From assembly GCF_021869535.1 (NCBI RefSeq), contig NW_026262701.1, forward strand, positions 18,786,001-18,850,000: 64,000 bases of DNA. The letters run 5' to 3'. The translations under genes and the position numbers were made by a program. Below the pieces are notes generated by a model that was not told the origin of the DNA, searched no databases, and saw nothing but the letters and a program-made list of their open reading frames with translations. The DNA is from Mytilus californianus (taxonomy: Eukaryota). Positions 26,332-37,185 of this stretch are shown piece by piece; position 1 is the stretch's first letter, and each line of letters begins with the position of its first letter.

Positions 26332-27277
26332 ATTAAACCTGTATTTGAATCTTATCTTTTAAGATATTTGTTTTGGGCACCGCTTCGGTATTCATGACAA
26401 TTGCTGACAATTACGGATACCTTAACTTGGTGGAGCTCTTGGGTGACAACTGTAAATGCAATAATGTCAAATTCCTGTAGTAAAATTAATCGAAGGTTAC
26501 ACAGGATCTATATAACCATTGTTTAGCTATGTCTGTTGATTATTAATTTTAGTAAACTTTGAAAATATCAGCCGTTGTTATTTAAAATAATCACATAGTA
26601 GATTATCTTTTTTATTTTTTTATTTTCCCGAGTACTATTTTAGGAAAAAAATTATATTCTATAAATACATTCGTGACTGTAATAAGGAAGTCTTTCTAGT
26701 TTTTTTTAGAGCAATGTTCCTATATTTATTTAACAATGAAGACATTATTCACTATACACGAGAATGACATTTACTGACTTTTAAATAATATATATTTTTT
26801 TTTAATTTAATATACACTATGTAATATAACGTCAATCTTTAGTCAACGTTATATTTTAGACTTTTAACAGAATAAAACACATTTACAACCAGTGCTGGAA
26901 CTCAGAATACAATATGTATTTAAAGAAGTGTGGATAAGTTCAACGACATACTGGTTTAGGGCAGGTTAATTATTAAAATCGAACGCATAATAATATCCCA
27001 CGATACATCGTACACATGTTGGCTTGAAGCTTTATTTCTTGTTTTAGAATCTAAATTAAACTGCAGAAGAAAATTAATTGACATACATAATCTGAACATA
27101 TGGTTTCAATTCAATCGCTATGAAACTAGAAAAAGCACAGAAAACATATCGTTTTCTTTTGATTTTGAAAGATGTATGACCAAATTGAATTTTTTTTGGT
27201 ACGTCATAATAATGGCGAGAGAAAGTTGTATTTTTGAAATGGAGCTTTCCTTTTATACATAGTAAAAATGTTGTTAA

Positions 27278-27650
27278 GGGTGTTGGTTGCTCCGTGTAAA
27301 ATTAACAAGCTTTTAAACTGTTATAGTATATAAATAACTAAACTAAAAAACACAGGAAAAAAAGTAAGGTCCGTGTATTTTTTTTGAGAAATAAACCCTA
27401 GAAAATTTGACTGGAAATGAGCTCTCTAGCTTTTTCATACAATTAACAACTCTGTTCTTTCAAAAACTATGACAAAAAACAGGGATTTTATAAATTTTTC
27501 AAAAATTACTTTTCAAGCTATTTGTAATAAAATTATTAAAAGGAAAGTCGGGGTTAGCTGGGAATTTTTTTTAATTGCATTACATGGATGAAACCCAGGA
27601 ATTCCGAATATCTAACAAAAAGAAAAAAAAACCAACATCAGCGAATATCC
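27278..27650. mobile_element. Kolobok-type MITE, diverged copy of 6745-7134
   Basis: TTAA at 27274-27277 and 27651-27654. Degenerate TIRs. Body aligns with the first copy, e.g. TACATGGATGAAACCCAGGAATTCCGAATATCT. Confidence 0.75.
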
Positions 27651-27781
27651 TTAACAAACAACTCGACCTCATCAAAATGTTTCACTTGTCATGATTGAGC
27701 TTGGTTTCATTTATATTAGTTTTATGTCTTCTGTCATAAACATTGGAATGATTGAACTATACTTGTTGTTTTATTTTGTAG

Positions 27782-28046
27782 ATTGGTAATACAAAAGAAC
27801 AATTGACAAGTTAATGAAGGAAACAGTATGCAGTGGAATTTTCTACATTATGTTATTCATTGCTTAACCATTTCAAATTCGTTTCCTTTAAAAAGCCTAA
27901 TGAGGAAACCAATGCCGCAATATATGGATTGAACAATATATGTTTAAGATTTATTGCATACCAGGGAGACTTGTACTAATTGTAGACGCAGACGTTGTTA
28001 CTGCATTTACGCCTTTGCATACAACAGTGTGTTTTATTGTCAAAAG
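27782..28046 (+). promoter_or_regulatory. Probable 5' UTR part of the GPCR coding exon, containing upstream ORFs
   Basis: Pyrimidine tract plus AG acceptor (TTGTTTTATTTTGTAG) ends at 27781. uORFs at 27814-27867 (17 aa) and 27828-27932 (34 aa). Confidence 0.45.
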
Positions 28047-29144
28047 ATGCAAATATTAACGTCTTTAGCAATGGAAAACAACGTGACCGTGAACAATTTG
28101 AGTTCTTCGTACGTGAATCATTCAAGGAACTATCTAAATATACAAGAAGACGATTCTGTTGAAAGACAATTTGAACATATTGTGAACACGTATGTACCAC
28201 CGGTTTTGATTATTCTTGGTACATTTGGAAATGTATGTACTTTATTGGTTATGAGAACAAGACCATTTCGGCATTATCCAATTGGGTTCTATATTTCAGC
28301 ATACGCTTTAACAAGTTTGTTGACGCTATATTTATTTTTGGGATCAGAGTGGGTAGCGCTAGTAGCAGAAAAAAGATCTATAGACAGTCAGGCAGATTGG
28401 ATATGTAGATTATGGCAATTTTTTAGTCGAGTGGTAACATATTCTAGCATTTGGTTTGTTGTTTCTATGACAATCGATCGCTATATAACGATCTGGCATA
28501 GGAAAAAATCATCGAAGATATGTACTTTGTTCATGGCAAAATTTGCTACTATTTCAATCTTCGTTGGGCTTATTGTTGTTAGTGTACATGCAATGTGGAC
28601 ATATGAACTGATGGATGGTTGCTTCTTCTTTCATAACGATGATGATTTACATGTTGTTATCTGGCCTTGGATGTCTGCAAGTTGTTATTCATTCATTCCA
28701 TTAGCTTTACTCATAACGTTTGATATTTTGATATTTACGGGGCTATGTATGAGAAACGTACCCGAAGAAACTGACAACGAAATGACACCAATGGTACTTA
28801 CACATGCCACTCTAGTTTTATCTATGTTTTACTTTTTGTTAGTGCTGCCACCTACTGTAATTAATATCGTTGATCAGACTTATCCGCCATCATGGCTGCA
28901 AAAACCTCACTTTAGATTGCAGTTGGCAAAAGCTAGAGTTATCGGACATTACATGGCGTGGACAAATACTGTTATTGTATTTTACATTTGTATATTGTTT
29001 TCGCAAACTTTTAGAAAACAGGTAAATAATATGCTCAAATCACTGATATTTTCTAAACCGGACAGGAGAATGTATGAACTTCACCATGGCTCAGATAGTA
29101 GTGCCAGTCAAATGGAAACGGAAATATCTGTAACTCTGGTTTAA
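28047..29144 (+). CDS. Single-exon class-A (rhodopsin-like) GPCR, FMRFamide-receptor-like/orphan peptide receptor group; 365 aa from the first ATG or 357 aa from ATG 28071
   Basis: Longest ORF in the window. Seven hydrophobic segments, N-terminal sequons NVT/NLS/NHS, TM1 GTFGN, WIC (C3.25), TM3 SMTIDRY, ECL2 Cys, TM5 YSFIP, TM6 LVLP, helix-8 QTFR. Confidence 0.95.
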   Translation: MQILTSLAMENNVTVNNLSSSYVNHSRNYLNIQEDDSVERQFEHIVNTYVPPVLIILGTFGNVCTLLVMRTRPFRHYPIGFYISAYALTSLLTLYLFLGSEWVALVAEKRSIDSQADWICRLWQFFSRVVTYSSIWFVVSMTIDRYITIWHRKKSSKICTLFMAKFATISIFVGLIVVSVHAMWTYELMDGCFFFHNDDDLHVVIWPWMSASCYSFIPLALLITFDILIFTGLCMRNVPEETDNEMTPMVLTHATLVLSMFYFLLVLPPTVINIVDQTYPPSWLQKPHFRLQLAKARVIGHYMAWTNTVIVFYICILFSQTFRKQVNNMLKSLIFSKPDRRMYELHHGSDSSASQMETEISVTLV

Positions 29145-32100
29145 ACATTTGTTTAACGATGAATATACCAACTGCAAAAGCATTGGTAAAAAAAAAGAGT
29201 CTGTATGTATATGTTTTAAGATGTTCTGTTTTTTTTAACTACTTGGGTTGTCATAAACCATTTTTAATGCGTTTACACAAAGGTTAGTAATGTTGTTGTT
29301 GGTTAACTAGATGTTTAAATGTTAAACTAATACAATGGCTGTGTGAGTCAAACTAGAGGAAGATTGTTTTCTTATATGCTAAGCTGTGGTGTACAAACTA
29401 ATAGTTTTAGTATAATTACATGAAGTTTCGTACATAAAATTAAAGAAAAAAACGTTGATTTTACTGCTACATTTTCCAGTAGTTCATTTCCATTTATTTC
29501 AGACGGTTTAGACGAGAGAAGAACATGTACCATAATGATTGTGGTTTGTTTAAATACATGTGTTACTGTAAAACTAATAAAATGATCATAAAAATAAAAA
29601 GAAAGACATCTTTTTTCTTGTATACTCAGTTGCGATGTAAAAACTGTATTTGGTTGTGTATTCTGTCATAAAATTTCATTATTAAGACATACATGACATG
29701 AATTGTCACATACAATTTCATTATTGAGACAAACAAGAAATGAGAAATGATTTTACTTCTATTTCAACTTCATTACTTTCAACCGTCTAGACAATAAGAG
29801 ATTGTTATATGTTAAATACCTGTTTTACTGTGAAACTTATTTTGCCAGGAAAATAAAAAGTACAAAGCTTAGTTCTATAAGCTCAGCTGTTATGTACACT
29901 TATTATTATTAGTGTTATAACATCAAATTTCGTAGTTAAAAATATAGTTAACTTTATTGCTAGTTGTTCTACAAAATGTACTACATGTGGTTGTCAAAAT
30001 TCGTTCAACATTTGTATATCCTATTCCTAACTCATATTCTTTCTTGTGAATCTTATTTAATCAATTACTGTTCATCGTCTTTATATATATTTTTTGTGAA
30101 ATGGATGTTAAATACCAGCAATAAAAAAGATTTATATATACATGAAACTATACATGAAACAGTAAAATTGGAAATGATGTGTCTATTGAAATAATCTAAA
30201 TTATACATCATATTGCTGCCGCCTGAACGCAAGTCCAACCTGTTGTGCATCCCTAAATCAATAACAGGATTTTTGATGGAAAACCCGGTTAAAAATCTAG
30301 TCTATAAAACATTTATCCCAACGTGTCTAGTTTGTTTGAAAAAAAACCCTTATTATATGTTGCACGGAAATAAGACTTAAAATTTTCTACCAACAAGACT
30401 TCCTGTTTTTTCAATAAATTATGATTTTCAAACACAAGCCCTTTCATGTCTAATATTAAAAATCCAGACAGAGAGTATATAAATAATTTCAGAACGTGGA
30501 AAATCAAAGAGTTTCATTATCTTCATTTTGCTTTTGTCATTTCCTTCTCATGATCTAATTCTTGTCAGACAATTGTAGTACGTAGCAGCGAACGACTAGG
30601 AAAGACATATATCAATACATATACTGTGCATAATAAATCTAATTACAAAGAATCTACTAAACAAGACATTAATAAATCCGACCCACACTAAAGACGACTA
30701 TCCCCATGGCAAAAAAGGAATAAACAGGATTTACAGACCGCTAACATTTTTACAAAACTTATTATAAAAAATTACGAAAGTAGATTTATAGTAATGTTTT
30801 CAACTTTTGGTAAAGAAACATCTGATTTATTACAATAGTAGTACAAATGTTTTCTTGAAATAACTGAGCATAAAACGTCTGCATTTTGACAACGTGAAAG
30901 ACCAACATAATTGGAGGCTGCTAGGAATTTGAATTGCCCACCTAGACCATTTACCCGTTTAATTTTCAAAGGGAATTTACTTCTTTCAAATATACTGTTT
31001 TCATCATATTTAAAGTTTAACATTTCCCCGTCGTCTCACAAAAGAAGATTTCTGAAAATTGGCCATTAAAATCAAAGATTGCATATGGCGTCTATGCTTT
31101 TCATCCTACAAAAACTTAAATAGAATCACTTGCAGAGGACCTTATATACATTATCTAGTAACGTAGGATGCAAAAAATGTATTGAAGTTATTTTAGAGGA
31201 GTAATGTGATTTACAAAAGTGTTACTTGATCAAATTAAATGTTTAAAATGAATCTTACAATCATCACTACCCGTAGGCATGTTAAGCCTCAAAACAATTC
31301 AGTTTAAGAGGAGAAATATTTTGATAATTTCCCAATCAGAGTCCGTGATCTCCACTTATGTCAATATATTTCATTTAATTGGAACTACATCGTTGTTAGG
31401 AGGTCTATGTGACCAATAGGGGTCTAAAAGAAATAACCAAATTCACTTTATGTAAAACAAATTTAGGGACTATTAAGTTAGTTTCTTAAAAGTTTCTAAT
31501 CTATCAACAGAGAATTTAAGAATGGAATGTTGTATATCATGGCAGTTCTGAAGTACTGATTACTGACCTGGTAATGACAGCGGTATTGATCCACTGCTAC
31601 ATAATCAAAATAACACTTTATCAATTTAAAAACATAATTCACGTTCAAACCCAATTTTCACAGATATCCTTTCATTAGTATTTAAATCAATGCCTAGCCT
31701 AACTGTGGCCCAAATCATATATACAATGAAAGATCGGGAAGGTCTCACAATCATTTAAGCGGTCTCCGGTAGTCTTTTGCAATATATTTTGAATATCAAA
31801 CTGGCACTTTGAGGCTACCTTACATGTCGAAGACAAAAGATTCAAAAATTAGCTCTTAATAGTATATGTATCTATATATATTAACTTATTCTGTGCTTTT
31901 TGAAGGCTAAACACTTATTAATACCTGATCACGCGAGGAGCTATATGAACAAAAAGGTCGGGCATAAAACGAATAGCAAAATTCATCAAAGACAACTTTG
32001 AATGAGGGATTTGGAATCCTACCGTCTCAATAAATTATCAATTAAACAAAGGGAATTTAAGAAAGCCTAAGGTATTTTATAGAGTAAGCCAGCACATGTA

Positions 32101-32439
32101 AAAGTACCGAACCACTGACTACTGAGCTGATCAGACTCTCTTGGACTAATAGTCCACCAGTAGCGGTATCGAACCAGTGCGAAAAATTTGAATCATACGT
32201 CAGTCTTTACTTTTCTATGTATTTTTTTTTCTCAAAATTTTTTTTCGTAGCTTTTTCGTTTTTTTATTGGCGATATCAGTAAATAAATGAGTTTCTCTTC
32301 TACTTATGAGTTATGAATGTCCCCTTGGTGTCTTTTGTCCCTTTTCTTATGAATATTAAAAAATATATATATATTTATGGCACAGGAGACCATTATTATA
32401 TTTGTTTTGAAGATGACTACACGGTTAACCAAAGAGGAA

Positions 32440-33175
32440 CGAAAGATACCAGAGGGACAGTCAAACTCATAGATCGAAAACAAACTGACAACGCCATGGC
32501 CAAAAATAATAAGACAAATAGACAAATAATAGTACAGATGACACAACATAGACAACTAAAGACTAAGCAACATGAACCCCACCAAAAACTAGGGGGGGGG
32601 GGGATGATCTCAGGTGCTCCGGAAGGGTAAGCAGATCCTGCTCCATATGTGGCACCCGTCGTGTTGCTTATGTTATTACAAATCCGGTAAATAGTCTAAT
32701 TCGGTAGGTCACATTCGTGAAAAGGGAAGGGTATTGTAGTTACGACATAAGGAACATATCCGATATCATCTGTGAAACGGTTATTCCATAACAGTCAACC
32801 AACTCGTGATGGCGTCCGTAAAATTTACGAAGGGATGATTTCAACTTCACCATTTGGAACTCTTGGTTTAATAGCTTCCTTGTGAGCAGTAATCCTCTAT
32901 CAAGAAAATCATGATAGGAAATACAAGCCCGTGAATATCGTATCAATTGGGAGATATATACTCCGTATGCAAATTATGCCACATAGAAATGGAAAGTTCA
33001 CAATTGGGAAGCTGAAATCATCTCTTTTGTCGTAAAGTTTTGTTTTCAACCGACCTTCATTGTCAATTTCTAGATGTAAGTCAAGATATGAGGCAGACTT
33101 AACTGTATCTGTAGTATCCTTTATCTCTAGTTCGATGGGATAGTCTGTCATTAAGTCCGAAGTTGTATACATTAC
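32440..33175 (-). mobile_element. 5'-truncated PLE copy: RT thumb/C-terminus plus 3' region (family C), frameshifted
   Basis: YPIELEIKDTTDTVKSASYLDLHLEIDNEGRLKTKLYDKRDDFSFPIVNFPFL, then a frameshift, then IRYSRACISYHDFLDRGLLLTRKLLNQEFQMVKLKSSLRKFYGRHHELV...DMFLMS*. Confidence 0.9.
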
Positions 33176-36100
33176 TTGTTAAATTATACTTAATTTTTTT
33201 AAGTGTATGAGCAAAATTGGATATATAGCAGATGGGGCTTGATATATGATACGTTGATTTTTTATTGGCACTCAGTATATCAATGAATTTATGTTTACCG
33301 TGAATACGAAATATTTCTATGAATCATAGTAAAGGTTTTGTGTCGAGTTTGTATTTTTTAGTTGAGTTTGCTTTTGCAAGTGCGGGCAAGTGCTTGGCAT
33401 GTATGTAAACGTATTATATACTTACAACTAGTATAATAGGTGGCGGGAGTTTGCAGTTGTTTTATCGGCGATGCAAGTTTTTTTCAGTAGGATGCAAGTA
33501 TGTGTTAAGATCATCATAAAATGTAATTCATTTCAACAATTCTATTTTGCATTTTGAGCAATATAATCTCTTTTAGGTGGAAAACTGATGCTTTCTTCTT
33601 TCAAATTAACTGAAATATTCGGAATTGAATAGGTCAACGCGTACAGTGTAGCAAAAAAAAAAAACCCTATTTAGAACTGGCATTCAAAAGATGGGGCTTG
33701 ATATATGATGTGCTGAATTTCTATTGGAATTCAGTATATGAATGAATTTGTACAATTATTTACATAGGAAGTACCGGCTAAATAGACCACTTTGGAATTC
33801 GTGCACTTTTCCGTAAATTTTCTACAGTACGTCACAATGCTTATGCTATTTTTTCACAATAAGAAGAACTTAAAACCGATTGTTTAATGACGCAATTTAC
33901 GCCGAATGACCCCGAAGATAAAAAGGAAAGTAAATCATTTAAAAACCAGAATAAACGAAATTTTAAGCAAACTGATGAACGATTCATCTATGATAAACTA
34001 AATAAGTAGATATATATATAGATTGATTGATTGTTGGTTGCTTAACGTCCAGTGTATATATATAGAATAGGATAGAAAATAATATAGAACTAAGAACTTA
34101 GAAATAAAAACGGGAACATATTTTAATATTTCTAGCTGAGAACCCAAACCAAACCACAGTTTGATTCATTTGAGGTAGACAACAAACTTTTATAAGTTTA
34201 AATTAAAAAAAAGAAGATGTGGTATGATTGCCAATGAGACAACTCTCCGCCAGAGACAAAATGACATAGAAGTTAACAACTATGGATCAGCGTAAGGCCT
34301 TCAACAATGCACAAAACCCATACCTTATAGTTACTAGTAGCTATAAACGGCCACGAAATGACAAATGTAAAACAATTCAACCGAAAAAACCAACGGCCAG
34401 ATTAATGTAGAAAATGGTAAACGGAAAACAAAAATAATATGAAAATGTATATAAATAAGGAATTAAAAAATATTCAATGAATTGTAAAGTTATTAGAAGC
34501 AGAATTTTATTGACCTTATCAGAAAACGAATAAATACATTATATTTTGAACGTGTGAATGCAATTTCGAGTAAATAAACTAGGTTCCGGTATAATCATAG
34601 TCACTAAAAGACTCTTTATATATTTGCCTAATAAGGGCAACAGTAGTATACCGCTGTTCAATAGTCATAAATCGATTAAACGAAAACAAATCCGGGTCAC
34701 AAACCAAAACCGAGGGAAACACATCAACTATAAGAGGAAAACAACGGTACAACAAATACACTGAACGGCTACAAAAACAAACGCCAACATACATAGAAAA
34801 GGACAATTTGATAACAACTGTCCTTGAATTGAATTGGAAACATTTTATTTCATTTAATTACAATGTCCCTTAACGTATATGTCGTGTTTTTGTATTTTTT
34901 TCAAACTTATTTAAGTTCTATGACATGTCAGATTTGACAATACAACCAGAGGAAGACTAGATACAGTTACTTGGTATATGAAGGTTTAAATAGGTTGAAT
35001 ATAATAGAGAATAATGGCCAAAGCAAATAAAGTATATTGAATATTTGTTAAGAATAAAGAAAATGCTTTAAAAATTTAAAGGATACAGAAATTAAATACC
35101 CCCTCACCCATAAAAATCCTCGTATATTCTGACTTTAGTCATATATTGGTTTATTTGGCTATTAAGATGACAATTCCAAAATTAAACACACCAAAGTAAA
35201 ACGTTAACCAAAATCATAAATTTCCGTTAATCAGAAGTCAAACAATCTGAAAAAGAGGCGGAAGATACCAAGGGGAAATTAAAAACTCATAAGTCGAAGA
35301 GAAAATAACAATGACAAAAACAACCTTCTGTACTTTTACAACATTACAGCTGTCAACCCATTTTTTTAGTAACATATAAACTGGTCACAGACAACACTAA
35401 TTAAACAGCGAATTCCATAAGGCAAACATCGAAATCGGTATTCGTGGTAATATGACCACTGTGTATTACAGTTTGATATTTCACTTCCTAATCAGCAATC
35501 TTCATCTGTTTCATGTAGATTGACTTCTTTGTTAAATGTTTTTGTTCATGGAATACCATGTGAGAATGAGGCAAAATGTGACACGCAATTGAAGGTTTAT
35601 TTGTAATTATATTATTCAAACCTAAACGAAAAATAGTTAAAAACGTGATAATGCACGTATCATATTAATCTTGTGATTTTATATTTTTATAAGAATTTGG
35701 TTTAAAGGGGAAGACATTGTTGAAGTATTTTTTCTTGTGTTTTAAATTTTGTAGAAATGAAATATATATCGTACGTAAGAACATGTAATCAGTATACGTC
35801 GAAACGGAAATCTCAAAATAAGTTTGTTTAAGTGTTTTTGTTTCGGATTTTTCTTATATCATCCTGAAACCACTATAGTTTGTATACATATACATTTTAC
35901 AATCTGTTACTAGGAATATCAGGTGTGGGATAATAAGTACCCTTTCCAAATTTCCAAAGCGTATTAAAAATGAGAATTAGTTAATACATTTTTTATCAAA
36001 GCAATACAGATAAAATAATCGTCAAAGATACCAGATTAACGAAAGATAAAAAAAAATACTTCAGAATATTTCGCAATTAAAAAGATTTTTACAATCAGTA

Positions 36101-36296
36101 ATCAGTGGATAGATAAGATGATAGCAATGATAAATGTTACACATTGATTGTAAATGATGAGCGAATAGCTATTATATATTACTAATTCGCCAGGCATGAT
36201 TATCTTTTTCCAAAAGCCAAAAGTATATGTGGCAGTGTTAATTTCTGTTTACCTTAGAGTTTAGTACAGTCGTTGTTATTCTCTATTCCTTAACAG

Positions 36297-36324
36297 GTAA
36301 AGCAACAGAAATCGAGAACAAACC
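36297..36324 (+). CDS. Candidate 28-nt micro-exon upstream of the FReD exon (VKQQKSRTN, phase 0 to 1)
   Basis: TTCTCTATTCCTTAACAG acceptor and GTAAGT donor. The phase-1 end joins the FReD exon in frame (C+AG = Q, then HNIRDC). No homology evidence. Confidence 0.3.
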
Positions 36325-37036
36325 GTAAGTTTCACATGTCAATTTTAAACGGACTAAACAAAATAAATGGTATTTTTTTTAATTTCATTTTCATTGATTT
36401 TTTTATTGCTTTCATTATTAATATACATGCTTGATACACCATACATCTTTGTATTCAAAAATGGATTTCCACGAATGAGGTATCATTTAAGTAATTTCCA
36501 TGACAACATTCATCATAAGAAAACTTATTAGTCTGCATTTTTTCTTTATTATATGAAGAATTAATCTAGGGATTTAGTTTCACCATCATTTCTAGAAGTT
36601 ATCACGAATATCAAAGTTGCCTCTTTAGCAATCCATTAATTATTTTACCAAATGTTTTATAGAGCAAATATCAAATAAAAACCATGTGATGTTGCATACA
36701 ATGATTTTTGTAGCAATACGATTGTCATTCACTTACTCTACATTAAACCGATTTAAATTGTTATTTGCATTTCAAATAACTATCGTAATGCATTTCTATT
36801 TCAGAATAGATTTCTACAGCTGTATGAGTCGAAAGCTTTAGGAATTTTGGGTTCTCAATGATCTTCATATTCGTACTTTATTTGGCCTTTTAGAATTTTT
36901 GCATTGAAGCGACACTAATACCTATAAAATACATAGAACTATAATTTTTGAAGAAGTTATAATTCATTTAACTCATTTATAAAAAGGAAAGAAGAATAAA
37001 AAAAAAAAGAAATCAGAAATTACAATGGAGTGGCTA

Positions 37037-37185
37037 TTTTTGGTCCTCAAGGCTCTTCAACTTCGTACTTTATTTGGCCTTTGTAACTTTTTTGGATTCG
37101 AGCGTCACTGGTGAGTCTTTTGTAGACGAAACGCGCGTCTGGCGCAAATACAAAATTTCAATCCTGGTATCTATGATGAGTTTAT
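37037..37185 (+). mobile_element. 149-bp retrozyme-like family 1 insertion
   Basis: Flanked by CTA/CTA. Absent from the paralogous site GAGTGGCTTAGTAATGAC at 59461-59478. Confidence 0.8.
37102..37145 (+). ncRNA. Type-I hammerhead ribozyme motif, family 1, single core change (CTGATGA->CTGGTGA)
   Basis: GCGTCA-CTGGTGA-GTCT(TTTGT)AGAC-GAA-ACGCGCGT-C-TGGCGC. Stems I and II pair fully, stem III is palindromic, cleavage triplet is GTC. Confidence 0.85.

Noticed and set aside
27954-28046. TTG-initiated N-terminal extension of the GPCR in the ORF track
   Set aside because: Non-ATG starts are not expected in this eukaryotic context; ATG 28047 or 28071 gives a typical glycosylated N-terminus.
29900-31900. 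Scattered minus-strand ORF fragments downstream of the GPCR
   Set aside because: No motif I can identify and no consistent frame or exon chain.
32740-33172. Selenocysteine recoding in PLE RT relics
   Set aside because: Stops and frameshifts are of mixed types, typical of decay; no conserved in-frame TGA or SECIS seen.
35452-35594. Possible FReD signal-peptide exon (LTSLLNVFVHGIPCENEAKCDTQLK|GT), and a similar ...CAATTGAAG|GT end at ~50960
   Set aside because: The nearest ATG is out of frame and hits a stop; the resemblance between the two sites is too short to trust.
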